Shown in pieces: positions 1 to 11,900 of a stretch of 64,000 nt of DNA. Made by a program: the position numbers and the translations under genes. Each line of letters starts with the position of its first letter. Position 1 is the stretch's first letter. The stretch lies in the NCBI GenBank assembly GCA_038087875.1, contig CM075978.1:100378001-100442000 (forward strand), written 5' to 3'. The DNA is from Malacoraja senta. Lineage: Eukaryota. The notes beneath the pieces are model-generated. The model did no database searches. It had not been told where the DNA came from and saw only the letters and a program-made list of their open reading frames with translations.

Positions 1-1055
1 TATAAACCAGCATCTGCGGTTCCTTCCATTGTCTTTTCCACCCATCTTTCCTAATTGGTGGAGGGGTGGAATCTTCCATGGGCAGCTGCACATGAGCTTC
101 CCAGCAGGGGGGGGGGGGGGGGTGGGGGTGGGAGTGGGAGGGGGTCGGGGCTTAAAATTAATGCTAATTCATCCATGGGGAAATATTAAGGAGTGGGATG
201 AAAAGTTTGGTGAAAGGAGGAGGTTTTAATAAGTGTCCCCTTCGAGGAGATAAATCGAGGGAAGTACTTGGAAACTCTGCACAGTGGCATAGTGATAAAA
301 AACTGGGGGTTGTCATAGGCCAGAAATTGAGGCGTGCCAGTGTCTTCTAGTGCATGCAAAACCAGAGGACGTTAGCGGTGGGTGAGAGGTGAGAATTTTA
401 ATCTCCTTGTGTGCCAACGTCAATATGGCCGCGTTGGAACAGAGCACATTGTGGTGGGGTTGTAGAATTCATCGTCAGGGTGGGGAGAAGTACCAGCAGA
501 TCTGGTGGCTGGGAGAGAGAATGGGGAATGTTCATTGTAGGGAATACTCCAGAGGAGTCACGGCCTCCATATGTAAGAGAGGTTGAGAACCAGTTGGGGG
601 TGAAAGCCATGACTGATCAGATCATGGGCAACAGGATAGGGAATTACATCCTTGTTTTTTTTGTGTTCATTTTCTGAATCCTGATGAGGATAAGTCGGGG
701 ATTTGTTGCCTCTGGAGATACAAGGGGCTGCAAATGCATGATCTGGAGTAACGATATGCTGGAGGAACACCGTGATCAGGCAGTATAGGTGGGGGGAGGA
801 AAAACTAAATGATTGACATTTTGGGTTGAGATCCTTCAGCAGGACCAAGAGAGTGGGAGCCGAGGGTGTGGGTGGGGGGGGGGGGGGGGTTAGTCAGTAC
901 AAAGAGGTGGGGCAGAGGATGGATCAAGAGCTGTAAAGCAATAGGTAGATTAGGGTATGGAGAGGCTGCTTAGCAGATGGAGTTAGGTGATGGTGGGAAG
1001 GAAGGTGAGAACATTGACAGATGCTGGGAGGTGAGTGGTACAGAAGGGCTGCAGA

Positions 1056-1328
1056 TTTAGACTTTAGAGATACAGCGCGGAAACAGGCCCTTTGGCCCAC
1101 CGAGACCGCACCAATCAGCGATCACCCCATGCACTAGCACTGTCCTGCACACTAGGGACAATTTACATTTTTTACTGAACCTATAAACCTGTGCGTCTTT
1201 GGAGTGTGGGAGAAAACCCACGTGGTCACAGGGAGAACACACAAACTCCACACAGACATCACCCTTGGTCAGGATTGAACATTGGTTTCTGTTGCTGTAA
1301 GGCGGGAACTCTGTGCCACTGTGCCACC
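1056..1328 (-). mobile_element. tRNA-derived V-SINE (HE1-like)
   Basis: tRNA-like head, V-domain (ttctccctgtgaccacgtgggttttctcccacactccaaagac), CR1-like tail. Confidence 0.8.
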
Positions 1329-2727
1329 ATTGTGGCATTGTGCTGATGATGGAATCTAATTGGAACCAAATAAGGGAGTTAGGGTGGGAAGGTGGGAACA
1401 GTTGTTGGGGGGGAGAAGAGGGGAACCAGTGGGAAGAGTGTGTGGGTGATCGACTGATGGGGGAGGGTGGAGGAGTGGAAAGAAACTGGATGATAGGGAG
1501 CTGGGGAATGTGGTTGAAAAGAAGGGTGTGATAGGTCCTGAGATCAGAAGGAGAAGGGGACGGAGGGAGAGGGTTACCTGAAATTGGAGAATTCAGTGTC
1601 CATGCAATCTACAAAGACCATCCAGGCACATTATGAGAGGCAGTTCCTCTAGTTTGCTTTTGGCCTCGCCCTAGTAAAGGGGAGGGTGATGATAGACAGA
1701 ATGGTATGGGTTTATATTTAGATTCAGCTTTACTATTGTCACATGTACTGTCTAGTGAAATGCATGTTATCCAGTCAGATACATACATACAATCAAGTGT
1801 AAAACTTGAATACAATAGTAGAGCAAAAGGGAAGATGCAGAGTACAGAATATAGTTCTCAGCATTGTAGCACACCAGTTCAATAGACAATCCAATGTTCG
1901 CAATAGGGTGGAGGTGAATTGGAAAAGCACCCCCAGCTTATGGTAGGACTGTTCAGCAGCCTGATTACTAAGAGGAAGATGCTTTTCCTGAGTCTGGTGC
2001 ATGCTTTCAAGCTGTATCTTGAAGGAGTGACCAGAGTGGGATGTCTTTGATTATGTTGGCTGCTTTTCTGAGTCATTGTGATGTGTAGATGGAGTCAGTA
2101 GTGAGGTGTCTGGTCTGTTTGATGGACGGTTACATCCACAACTCTCTGCAATCTTTTGCAGATATTGGCAGAGCTGTTCTCAAACCAAGGTGTGATGCAA
2201 CTCGTGGGCTGGTGTGGGTTTAAGTCAGGCTGCCTTGGCTTGGTCTTGGGCTCTGATACATGCACATGGATGCAAGTTGACTATCGCAGAGTCCCCCAGC
2301 ACAGTAACAGGCCCTTTTGCCCACTGTGGCTGTGCTGACCATCAGCCACCCATTTGCACTAATCCCACGCTAATCCCATTTTATCCTCCCCTCATTCCGA
2401 TCAACTCCCCCTACACCACCACCCAACTACACACTAGGGAACATTTGACAGTGGCCAATTAACCTACTGACCCACACATCTTCGGTCACGGGTCACGGGG
2501 AGAGCATGCAAACTCCACACAGACAATACGGGAAGTTGTGATGGAACCTGGATCACAGGAGCTGTGAGGCAGTGGCTCTACCTGCTGCACAACTAAGCTG
2601 CCCCTAACATACTGCTGAGGGTCTCGTCTGAAGTTAGATGATGTGGGCTGGGATGCAGGAGTTTGCTGACTGTCCAGCCCAAGCCTAACACTGTGCCCTG
2701 TGTTTACCCTCTTCGCCGCAGGGCAGA

Positions 2728-2980
2728 ATGGTCAGCGTGCTGTCCAGACGTCTGGGAAAGCGCTCCCTGCTGGGCGCCCCTGTCCACACCCCCAGCCCTT
2801 CTGGTGATGGGATGCTGATCCCTGGCCCTGATCCAAGCATTCCGGCTGGACAGCGGGAGCGGCAACACCTCGTACACAGTGTCGTTTGAGGATGGCCGTT
2901 TCATGGAGTACAGCGAGGACAACATCATTGGCCCAGGCTTCCAGAGCTTGACACACTTCAAACTCCAGCCCGGACAGAAG
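2728..2980 (+). CDS. ZNF395-family coding exon 1 (contains +1 frameshift near 2821-2830)
   Basis: Acceptor ...cgccgcag at 2721, ATG 2728, donor AAG|gtatgt. It starts [19 protein letters not shown] and ends in another frame, [51 protein letters not shown]. Length is 253 nt, one more than a multiple of 3. Confidence 0.85.
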
Positions 2981-5900
2981 GTATGTTCACGCCACGCCTG
3001 CCCTGAGTTCTGTGGGTCATCTACTTGTGGTGGGGGAGGGGAGGTGGGGGCAAGTGCTCAAGGTAGAGGAACTGAGGGCAGTAGGGAAATGGAATCAAGC
3101 CAGCATGGGCATCGAGTATAAGACTCAAGAAGCCGAGTTTCAGCTTTATAAAACTTTGGTTAGGCCGCATGTATGTATGCAGTTCTGGTCGCCCCATTAC
3201 AGGAAGGATGTAGAGGCTTTAGAGAGAGTGCAGAAGAAGTTTATGAAGATGCTGTCTGGTTTGGAGGATATTAGCTATAGGGAGGTTTCACGGCAGTCGG
3301 GTCACGACCCATGACCCGTACTGTTGCTACGCTACGCCAAATGGATTACACGCGATGAACTGCAGGTAAGTACTTACCATTGTTTCCAGCGTAGCGGGCC
3401 CGTTAAAACCCGCCGAAATTGTAATAATTATGGAAATTGGGATAAGTGCGAGAGACATTTAGCCTACTTCAGAATTCCAAAAGTGAGGAGAAATTACAGT
3501 AGATAGAAGCGAGAGCTGAAGGAACAACAACAGCCAAAGTGCTTGGCGAACATTGGCCGTTTGCTCACCTGCATTTCATCAACTAAGACATTGTTTGTGT
3601 TTTTTCTTGATTCCTTTGGCATCTAAAAAGTTTCAGAAGGGATAAATCTGGCTGTAAAATTTTAAAATCGCCCATGGTTCTCAAGTGGGTTTTTACATAC
3701 AAAAAGAAAACGGCCCTGAAGCAAAATTTACAGCCAGATTTATCACTTCTGAGACTTTTTAGATACCAAAAGAATCAAGAAAACCCCCAAATAATGCCTT
3801 ACTGTTGATGAAATGCAGTGAGCAAACGCGATAATTCCCGATATTTTCAATTCCGATATCTGCACGGCCAATGTTCGCCAAGCACGTTAGCTGCTGTTGT
3901 CCCTTCAGTTGTCGCTTCTCTTTCCCTTCATTTCGCTTCACTTTTGGAATTCTGAAGTTGGGTACATGTCTCTCACACTTACCCCGACTTCCACAATTTT
4001 TTACAGCGAAAAAATTCAACATTTTGGCGGTTTTTACAGGTAGGAAAGTACGCGTTTCTTGCAATAATAACATATACCGGAAGTGACGGATGTCCTCCAG
4101 ATGGATTGAGCGGCTCCGTGCGTCATGCCCTATGACCCGGTGACCTTACGTGCAACCCCCCTATAATGAGAGTTTGGACAAACTTGGGTTGTTTTCTCTG
4201 CAGTGTTGGATATTGAAGGGAGATCTGATAATTATTTATAATATTACTAGACCAAGCGGGACCCGTTGGGCCCCATCCCCAAGGCAATATTCCACCACTG
4301 ACCCATAGCCCACAACTGCATAGTCGCGGCTGATGGGTTCCCGTTGTGATGCCAGAGATCCCCATTGTGACGCGAGTCACGGCAACCCTCCCCAACTGCG
4401 CCTCGCCATCCCTCTTCCTATCCCTATCCTTCTCCATTCCCCCTCACCCCCCAGCACTCCCCTCCCCCTCCTCTTCACCTTCCCTCTTCTCTCCCTCTCC
4501 TCCATTCCCTCCCTCACCTCTCCTTCCCTCTCCTTTCCCCTACCTTCAGTCACACCCTCCCTCCATACCCCTCTCCCCTCCCTACCCCCCTCCTAACCCT
4601 CTATCCCCCATTTCTCCCAGTACGGACCTCCCCCCTATCCCAACCCCCCACTCTCCCTCCTCACCACCCCACTGACCTCCTCTCCCTCTATCCCCCACTC
4701 CTTCTATCCCCCACTCCCCTCCCCTCCTCTCCCATTGGGCCCGCTCCCCCAACGCAATATTTCACCAAACTGCATGCGCGACTGCCGCGTTCAAAGTTGG
4801 CCAATGTCGGCTGAAATTAAGTTAAAGTTAATAAAGTGAATAGAGGACCCGTGGAGGTGTTTGTAAAGTAGAAGGAAACTTACTCGTGGAGCCGTTTGGT
4901 CCCCGTTGTGAGGCCAGGCAAGTACACGCGGAAAAAACCCCATGCCGTTTTTAATTTAATGAAATTCGAGATCTCATTGTGAGGTCATGACATCATACAC
5001 TGCTGACGGGCAGTGCAAGTGGAAAAGTTATTTTTGTAAAAGTGTTTTTTGTTTAAAATGTGAATAACTTGTAAAATATAACACCAATCTGAACGAAACT
5101 TGCTACAGCACATCCCAGGACAATGGTGAGGAAGGTGGGCCAAATAATTATAGCACTATCGTGTACCGTTTTGACATAGTTTCGGATTCACACACATACA
5201 CAAGCAAGTATGCATGCATACAAACAAACAAGATGAGAGTTTTAGTACTATACTAGACCAAGTGCAGACCCGTTGGGTCTGGTCCCCGAAAGTGCTTGAC
5301 ACCCCGGGGTGTTGTTCCCGAACGTGCTTCAGACCCCGGGGTGAAAATGTGCTGAAAAAAAGATGGCGTCGTTTTTGGATAAAATCAGCGAAAAAAAGAT
5401 GGCGTCGTTTTCGGAGAAAATCGGGGGGAAAAAAGATGGCGTCGTTTNNNNNNNNNNNNNNNNNNNNNNNNNNNNNNNNNNNNNNNNNNNNNNNNNNNNN
5501 NNNNNNNNNNNNNNNNNNNNNNNNNNNNNNNNNNNNNNNNNNNNNNNNNNNNNNNNNNNNNNNNNNNNNNNNNNNNNNNNNNNNNNNNNNNNNNNNNNNN
5601 NNNNNNNNNNNNNNNNNNNNNNNNNNNNNNNNNNNNNNNNNNNNNNNGTGCAGATGTGAAGAAATCCTTCTCAAAGTGGGATTTTGTAAAGCTAAAAATG
5701 TTAATAACTTGTAAAATATAACATCAATCTGAACAAAACGTGACACAACCCACCACAGGTGAGACCCCAGCACCCGTCATTCATGCCCCTGCCTAACGCC
5801 TATCCCTGCGCCTCTTCCCCTGACCTGATGTCTGCAAGCCACCCTGCCCTGGCTGATGAGGATGACCTTCCTCTGTCTCCCCTAGGTATACCTGACGCAC

Positions 5901-8900
5901 GGTGGCCGTGAGTACCCAGGGCTGGTGGAACAACACAACCATGTGGACAACGAGGTCCGGGTCTACGTCCGGGAGCTGGACATGCGCTCCCTGCGGCGGA
6001 CAGAGGACGTGCGGGTGGGCGAGAGCCGCAGGTCCCCCCGCCTCCAGGAGCTGGAGAGGGAGCACACCAAAGCCTCTCCCAGCGCCCCCTCCTCTCAGAC
6101 CATCGCTGTGCCCCCAAGGTAGGTCAGCGGCCGGAGGGAGAATTGCGGTGGGACGGGGAGTGGGAATGGGGTGTGTGGCCGGAGTCTGGGAGGGAAGGGA
6201 ATGTGGACACTGTGGCTCATTTGGGTCCAAGAGGAGGGGACGAGGCTGCAAGCCTTCACTGCCATCACTGGACATCTGTGGGAGTCAGAGGGAGAGGAAG
6301 CGGGGGAGCGGGAGGGGGGGGGGGAGTGGGCGGGGCGCTTACAGAGAGAGTTTAAGGGGCTCTGTAGGATGAGGGATGGGTTAATGGATGTTGAGATTGG
6401 ATGGTCAGGGGTTAGCTAAGGGATCCCTGGAAGGGGTGCAAGTGTCTGGGAGGGTCTAATGGGGTCCCAGTGATTGGAGAGGACGTATCTAAGGAGATGG
6501 GGTAGGGGATATTGGGTTCCCAGGAAGTGGTGAAGGAGTGGCTAAAGGGGGTCTCTGGAGGGTCTAATGGTATCCCAGAGATCAGTGAGGAGGTGGCTGA
6601 GGGCTTATGAGGGATGAGGGAGGGGATTTTGGCTCCTATGAAGGAGGGGGGTGCTAGAAAGTGAGGGGGAGTCTAATGGAATCCCAAAGATCAGAGGGTG
6701 AAGAGGTGGCTGAGAGAGGGTCTGAGAGGGTGAGGGAGGGAATAATCTGGTCCCATGAATTGGAGGAGGTGATGAGGAGGCTAAGCAGAGATGGGGGGAG
6801 GGGTCGAATGAAGTCCCAAAAATTGTAGCGGGGGGGGGGGGGGGGGAGGGGATAATGGGGTCCCGGTAATTGGAGGTGGGGGTCTAACGGGCTCCCGGCT
6901 CACACGGCGCTCTGCTTTCATTCATCCTGTGTAGCAAGTTTGGGGCGGGCAGCTGGTGCCACTGGGTGGGCAGGTGTGTGGTGACCTCTGAGCTCTCCAC
7001 GGCCCCTCTAACTCTCCGCTCGGTCCCTGGCAGGGCTTCAGGTGCCGTCGACATGGACGAGATCATGGCGGCGATGGTGCTCAGCAGCCTGTCCTGCAGT
7101 CCCCGGCTCAACCCTCCGCTCAGCAGCCTGGCTCCAGGTAGGGCCACCAGCACGATCTCCCTGCCCACGCACTGATGTGGGCTCCTGTGTCAACAGTGTG
7201 TGCACGTATGCATGTGTGTGTGATCACGTAACGCATGTACGCAGGCAGGGATGTTGACGGGTTCCCCCTGTGAGTGTGCGGTTCCCCTGGGGGTCTCTGT
7301 TCCTTTTTTTAACCAAAAAATAAACAAATTCAAATATTTACCGCAATAAAACTTACAAAACAAACAATACCAACACACCCACCACCAAATACAAAAATAA
7401 CCAAATATTCATGTCCATATGTGATAGGAGCAGAATTAGGCTATTCAGCCATCGTCTACTCCACCATTCAATCGTGGCTGATCTATCTCTCCTCACCCCA
7501 GTCTCTTGTCTTCTCCCCATAACCCGCGACACCCGTACTAATCAAGAATCTATCTATCTCTGCCTTGAAAATATCCATTGACTGGCCTCCACAGCCTATT
7601 TTTCTAAATACTAAATATTAAAGAACTATATTACAATCCTGGTCCAGGATGCATTCAACCTGCCCAATGGACCCAGAAATGGTGCCCGTGAACTCCGCGT
7701 GTACCTTTTCGAGGGACACCCTGGCACGGACTTAACCCGGAAAAGGGGTAGGCAGTCGGCTCAGGCAGAGCGTTATTCTGCCTGGCACCATGACCCACAA
7801 ATGGCCAGCTTGGCCAGGCCCGGGAGCATTGCCCATTCCTTTTGGGCCTCCAGCTTGGGAGGCCTGCTGGCCGCTGTGAGTTATTCCCCGTGTACCTGAT
7901 GGTCGCACCCCTGCCTCGACCAGAACCAACAGTCACATTTGTGTTGCCTCCAATCTCCCCCAGAGTCTGACGGTGGCAAAATCCTGTACTGTGCCTGGTA
8001 AAGTGCATCAATGGGTGCACTGCCACACAGCTCCATCGACCCTGGTTCAATCCTGACCCCCCGGCGCTGTAGATGTGGAGTTTGCACGTTCTCCCAGCGA
8101 CCATGGATGGTCCGGTTTCCTCTTATTCCCAGAGACATGCAGATCAGTGGTTTTATTGCCTTGTATGTAGTTGGTGGTCAGTAAAGACTCGGTGGGCTGA
8201 AGGGCCTGTGACTACGTCTCGACAGTGTCACGGCCTGTCTCCTCACACACACACACACACACACACATGACTACACATGTTTGTCAATACACGTGATCAC
8301 ACTTGCCTGTTCGTGCACAAACTGGTCACACTTAAGCCCTGCCTGCTCGCACATATGGGTGTTCGCTATGAAGTAACCTTCTTGTCTGCTTTGTCCCTCT
8401 GGCACCATCGGCAGACTCTGGGATCGATGTGGGAAACGGGAGCAGCAGTGACTGTAGGAGCAGTAACTCCTCGTCTCCTTCACCCCCACCACTTCCCCCA
8501 GGCCCTCGCACCAGGACAGGGAGATGACGGTCTTGACTTCCACCTCCCACATCCCTTGCTGCCGGAGGAGCCGGCTCCTCGGAAAAGGAAGGTACGGATT
8601 ACAGCTGGTGTCACGGAGTCGAGAGTGTTTATATACACTATATACATCAGGAGACTGAAATTCTTGCTTGCTGAAGCTTCACAGGCACAGTAACGACTTG
8701 TGTAACACCAGGAGAGGAATAAATAGGGTGAATGTGCACAGTCTTTTTCCCCAGGGCAGGGGAATGCAGAACTAGAGGGTATGATTTAAGGTGAGACGGG
8801 AAAGATTTAATGAGAACATGAAGCCCAAGTTTTTCACACGGAGGGTGCGGGTATATGGAACAAGCTGCCAGAGGAAGGGGTTGAGCCAGGTACAATAACA

Positions 8901-11900
8901 TGAAGGAAATTGGGGGCACAATGGTGCAAAGGTAGAGCTGCTTCGTCACAGTGCGAGAGACCCAGGTTTGATGCTGACTACGGGGTGCTGTCTGTAAAGG
9001 GGTTGTACATTCTCTCTATGACTGGGTTTTCTCCGGATGCGCCAGTTTCCTCCCACACTCCAAAGGCATACAGCTTTGCAGGTTAATTAGCTTCTGTAAA
9101 TTGTCCCTAGTATGTAGGATAGAACCAATGTACGGGGTGATCATTGGTCAGCGTGCACTCGGTGGGCTGAAGTGCCTGTTTACATGCTGTATCTCTTAAG
9201 GTGCATGGATACGAAAAGTTTGGAGGGATATGGGTCAAGTTCAGGCAAATGGTATGTGTAGACTGGCATCTTGGTCGGGATGGGCAAGTTGGGCCGAAGG
9301 GCCCATTTCCATGCTCTATGACCCGGACTATGAATCTATATGCATATTTACCATAAATGATTAGCTATACTAGGTAGACCATGCTCACCACTATACACCT
9401 GCAGACGTTTAATAAGAGTATTTAGCAACATGCTGAATCTCCTCAAACCTCTGAGGAACTAGAAGTGACGGTGCGCTGGGTGGGAGGGTCCTGTACTGTG
9501 GAGGGGGATCTCTGTGGGAGGAGGGCGACATCCTGGCTGGAAGGAGTTCAGATCAGTGCTGCAGGGTCGGGAGTTGAGTGAAGCAGCTGGGGTGAGGGTT
9601 TCACTCAGTGGCTGCAATGGGGGGGCTACCTCAGCTAAATGTGGAGATAGTTTTCAGGTGCCTAATGCCCTCTGCCTGTCCTCTCTCGCAGAACTCGCTG
9701 AAGCTCCTGTATCGCTGTATGTGGCCACACTGCCAGAAATGCCTCTCATCCACTGTGGGAATACGGAGACACATTCGAACCATACACCTCGGGTAAGGCA
9801 CTGCTCGGGGAGAGAATGGGCTGGGTGTGTGGAACCTATTCAATGTTCCCAGGGACATAAAACTCTGGTGCAGCATAGGTTGGAGCACAGGAGTGAAGCT
9901 CCATCTACACCATCCCGTCGCACTTCCAGGGTCAGACACAGTGAAGATCCCTCAATGCTGCCTGTCACACACACCCAGAGCATGGTTCAGACACAGAGTG
10001 AATCTCCCTCTACACCATCCCATCTCACACTTCCAGGGGCAGATGCAGTGAAAATACCTCAATCCTGCCTGCTACACACTCCCAGGCCATGGGTTAGACA
10101 TAGAGTAAAATTCCCTTTGCAGCATCCCATTAAACCCTTCCAGGATCAAACGCCATATGAAGCTCCTTCTACATTGTCCCATCACACACTTGCAGGGCAC
10201 AGATTAATCAGAGTGATGCTTCCTCTACACAATCCCAGTGTACACATCCATGGTCAGACATGTTGGTTTTCACGCTGCATCTCTAAACTAAATTAAACTG
10301 GTTCCTCGAGGAAAAAGTGGGTCGGTTCTCTTGGGAACCGGTTGAGGGCATAGCAGGTGAATGGAAATATACAAAAGTGTCACTTTAGTAAAAGTGATTA
10401 TGTCCAGGGGCAGATGGCACAGATTGAAGGAATTGAGGGCAAATAGGAAGTGAAAAGTGACCTGCAAGGACACAAGAAATAGGAACAAGAACAGTCTACC
10501 CCTCAAGCCTGTCATACTATTCACTATGATCATAGCTGATCCACACTGGACTCCTCCTCTTCTGACAATGGGAATTCATCCCGAGTATATTATGCATTCC
10601 GTACCCAGTAATCCAGTAACAGTGGGAAGTAAGCTGCTCTTGAATCAGTTGGTAGGTGCTTTCAAGCTTGTGTAGCTTCTGCCTGACAGTTGAGGCAAAA
10701 GTGTGTGGTCCTTGATTATGTTTGAAGCTTTCCAGCGGCAGCATGTATTCTACTGAGGGTGGATGGGGTAGGTAGGGAGGGTGTTCTGTTTGATAGATTG
10801 GGCTGCATCCACAACTCACTGCAACATCTTGTGGTCTTGAACGAGCTGTTGCCAAGCCAAACTGGTGGTAGTAGTGCTTTTATTTACTTATCACATGTGC
10901 AAACACGCAGTGAAGTTATTTTCTTACATACAGTTCAGAAAAGTATTGCCATACATAAGAACATCCCCGAGGGAGAAGATTGGACTTTATTACCTCCCAT
11001 CACAGTGAGGGATGTGGGGTGCCGCTGTGGTGGATGTTTATGTTCAATTTTATTTTATGTGGCTATATGTTGTATGGTCACTCAAACTTCACTGTACCTT
11101 ATTGGTACATGTGACAATAAACTGACTGTTAAACCTTGATGAGCAAAGTGTATATAAATTGTCCACTGAGCCCACATGCAAGAGGCGGCAGGTTTTGGCG
11201 CCATTTCTCAAGGCCCAGTATGCGTTCTGGTTCTTCTTTAAAAAAAAAAATTTAAATTTTATTTATTAGAAGTAATGTAATGTATAAGCCAAAAATAACA
11301 TAATACATTTCCTGTACCACTTCTTATTTTAAACTTTAAAAAGAAGAAAAATAGAGAGAGTTAGATAAGATAGTAAGTGCGTGAAAGAGTGATCAGGAGA
11401 AACCCGTAGAAACGTAAAACACGAGAAAGAGTTAAAAAGAAAACCAAAGAAAAAGAAAGAGAAAAATAGAGAACAGAAGATATAAGAAAGTAAAATAAGA
11501 TAAAAGGGATGTACCTACTTCGTATCTTTACACACCCCTCACCAGGTCCTGAAACCAGTTATTTTCAAAGATATGTTGCACCCTATGCTTGTAATAAGGC
11601 GTTCTGGTTCTTGTGAGCGGTGCCCGTTCCAGGCGAGCCCCAGGCTGCTGCGGGCCTCTAGCCATCGCCTTCCTTGAACGTGACGCCCCTCTCCTCGCCC
11701 GTCCACCTTTGTGTCCCGAGGGTGCCTCCTACAGCTGACCTTGGGTTTCGCAGTAGGCAAGACACCGGTTCCCTCTCCTCTCCCACTTTGGACTTTATCA
11801 TGTGCTAACCGATATTCCCTTTATCATGTATCTGTACGCTGTGGATGGCTCGATTTGTAATCATGCATAGCCTTTCTGCCGACTGGTTAGCACGCAACAA

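Noticed and set aside
9514-10296. 260-aa ORF
   Set aside because: It overlaps ZNF exon 5 in another frame and continues through degenerate repetitive intron sequence, with no recognisable domain.
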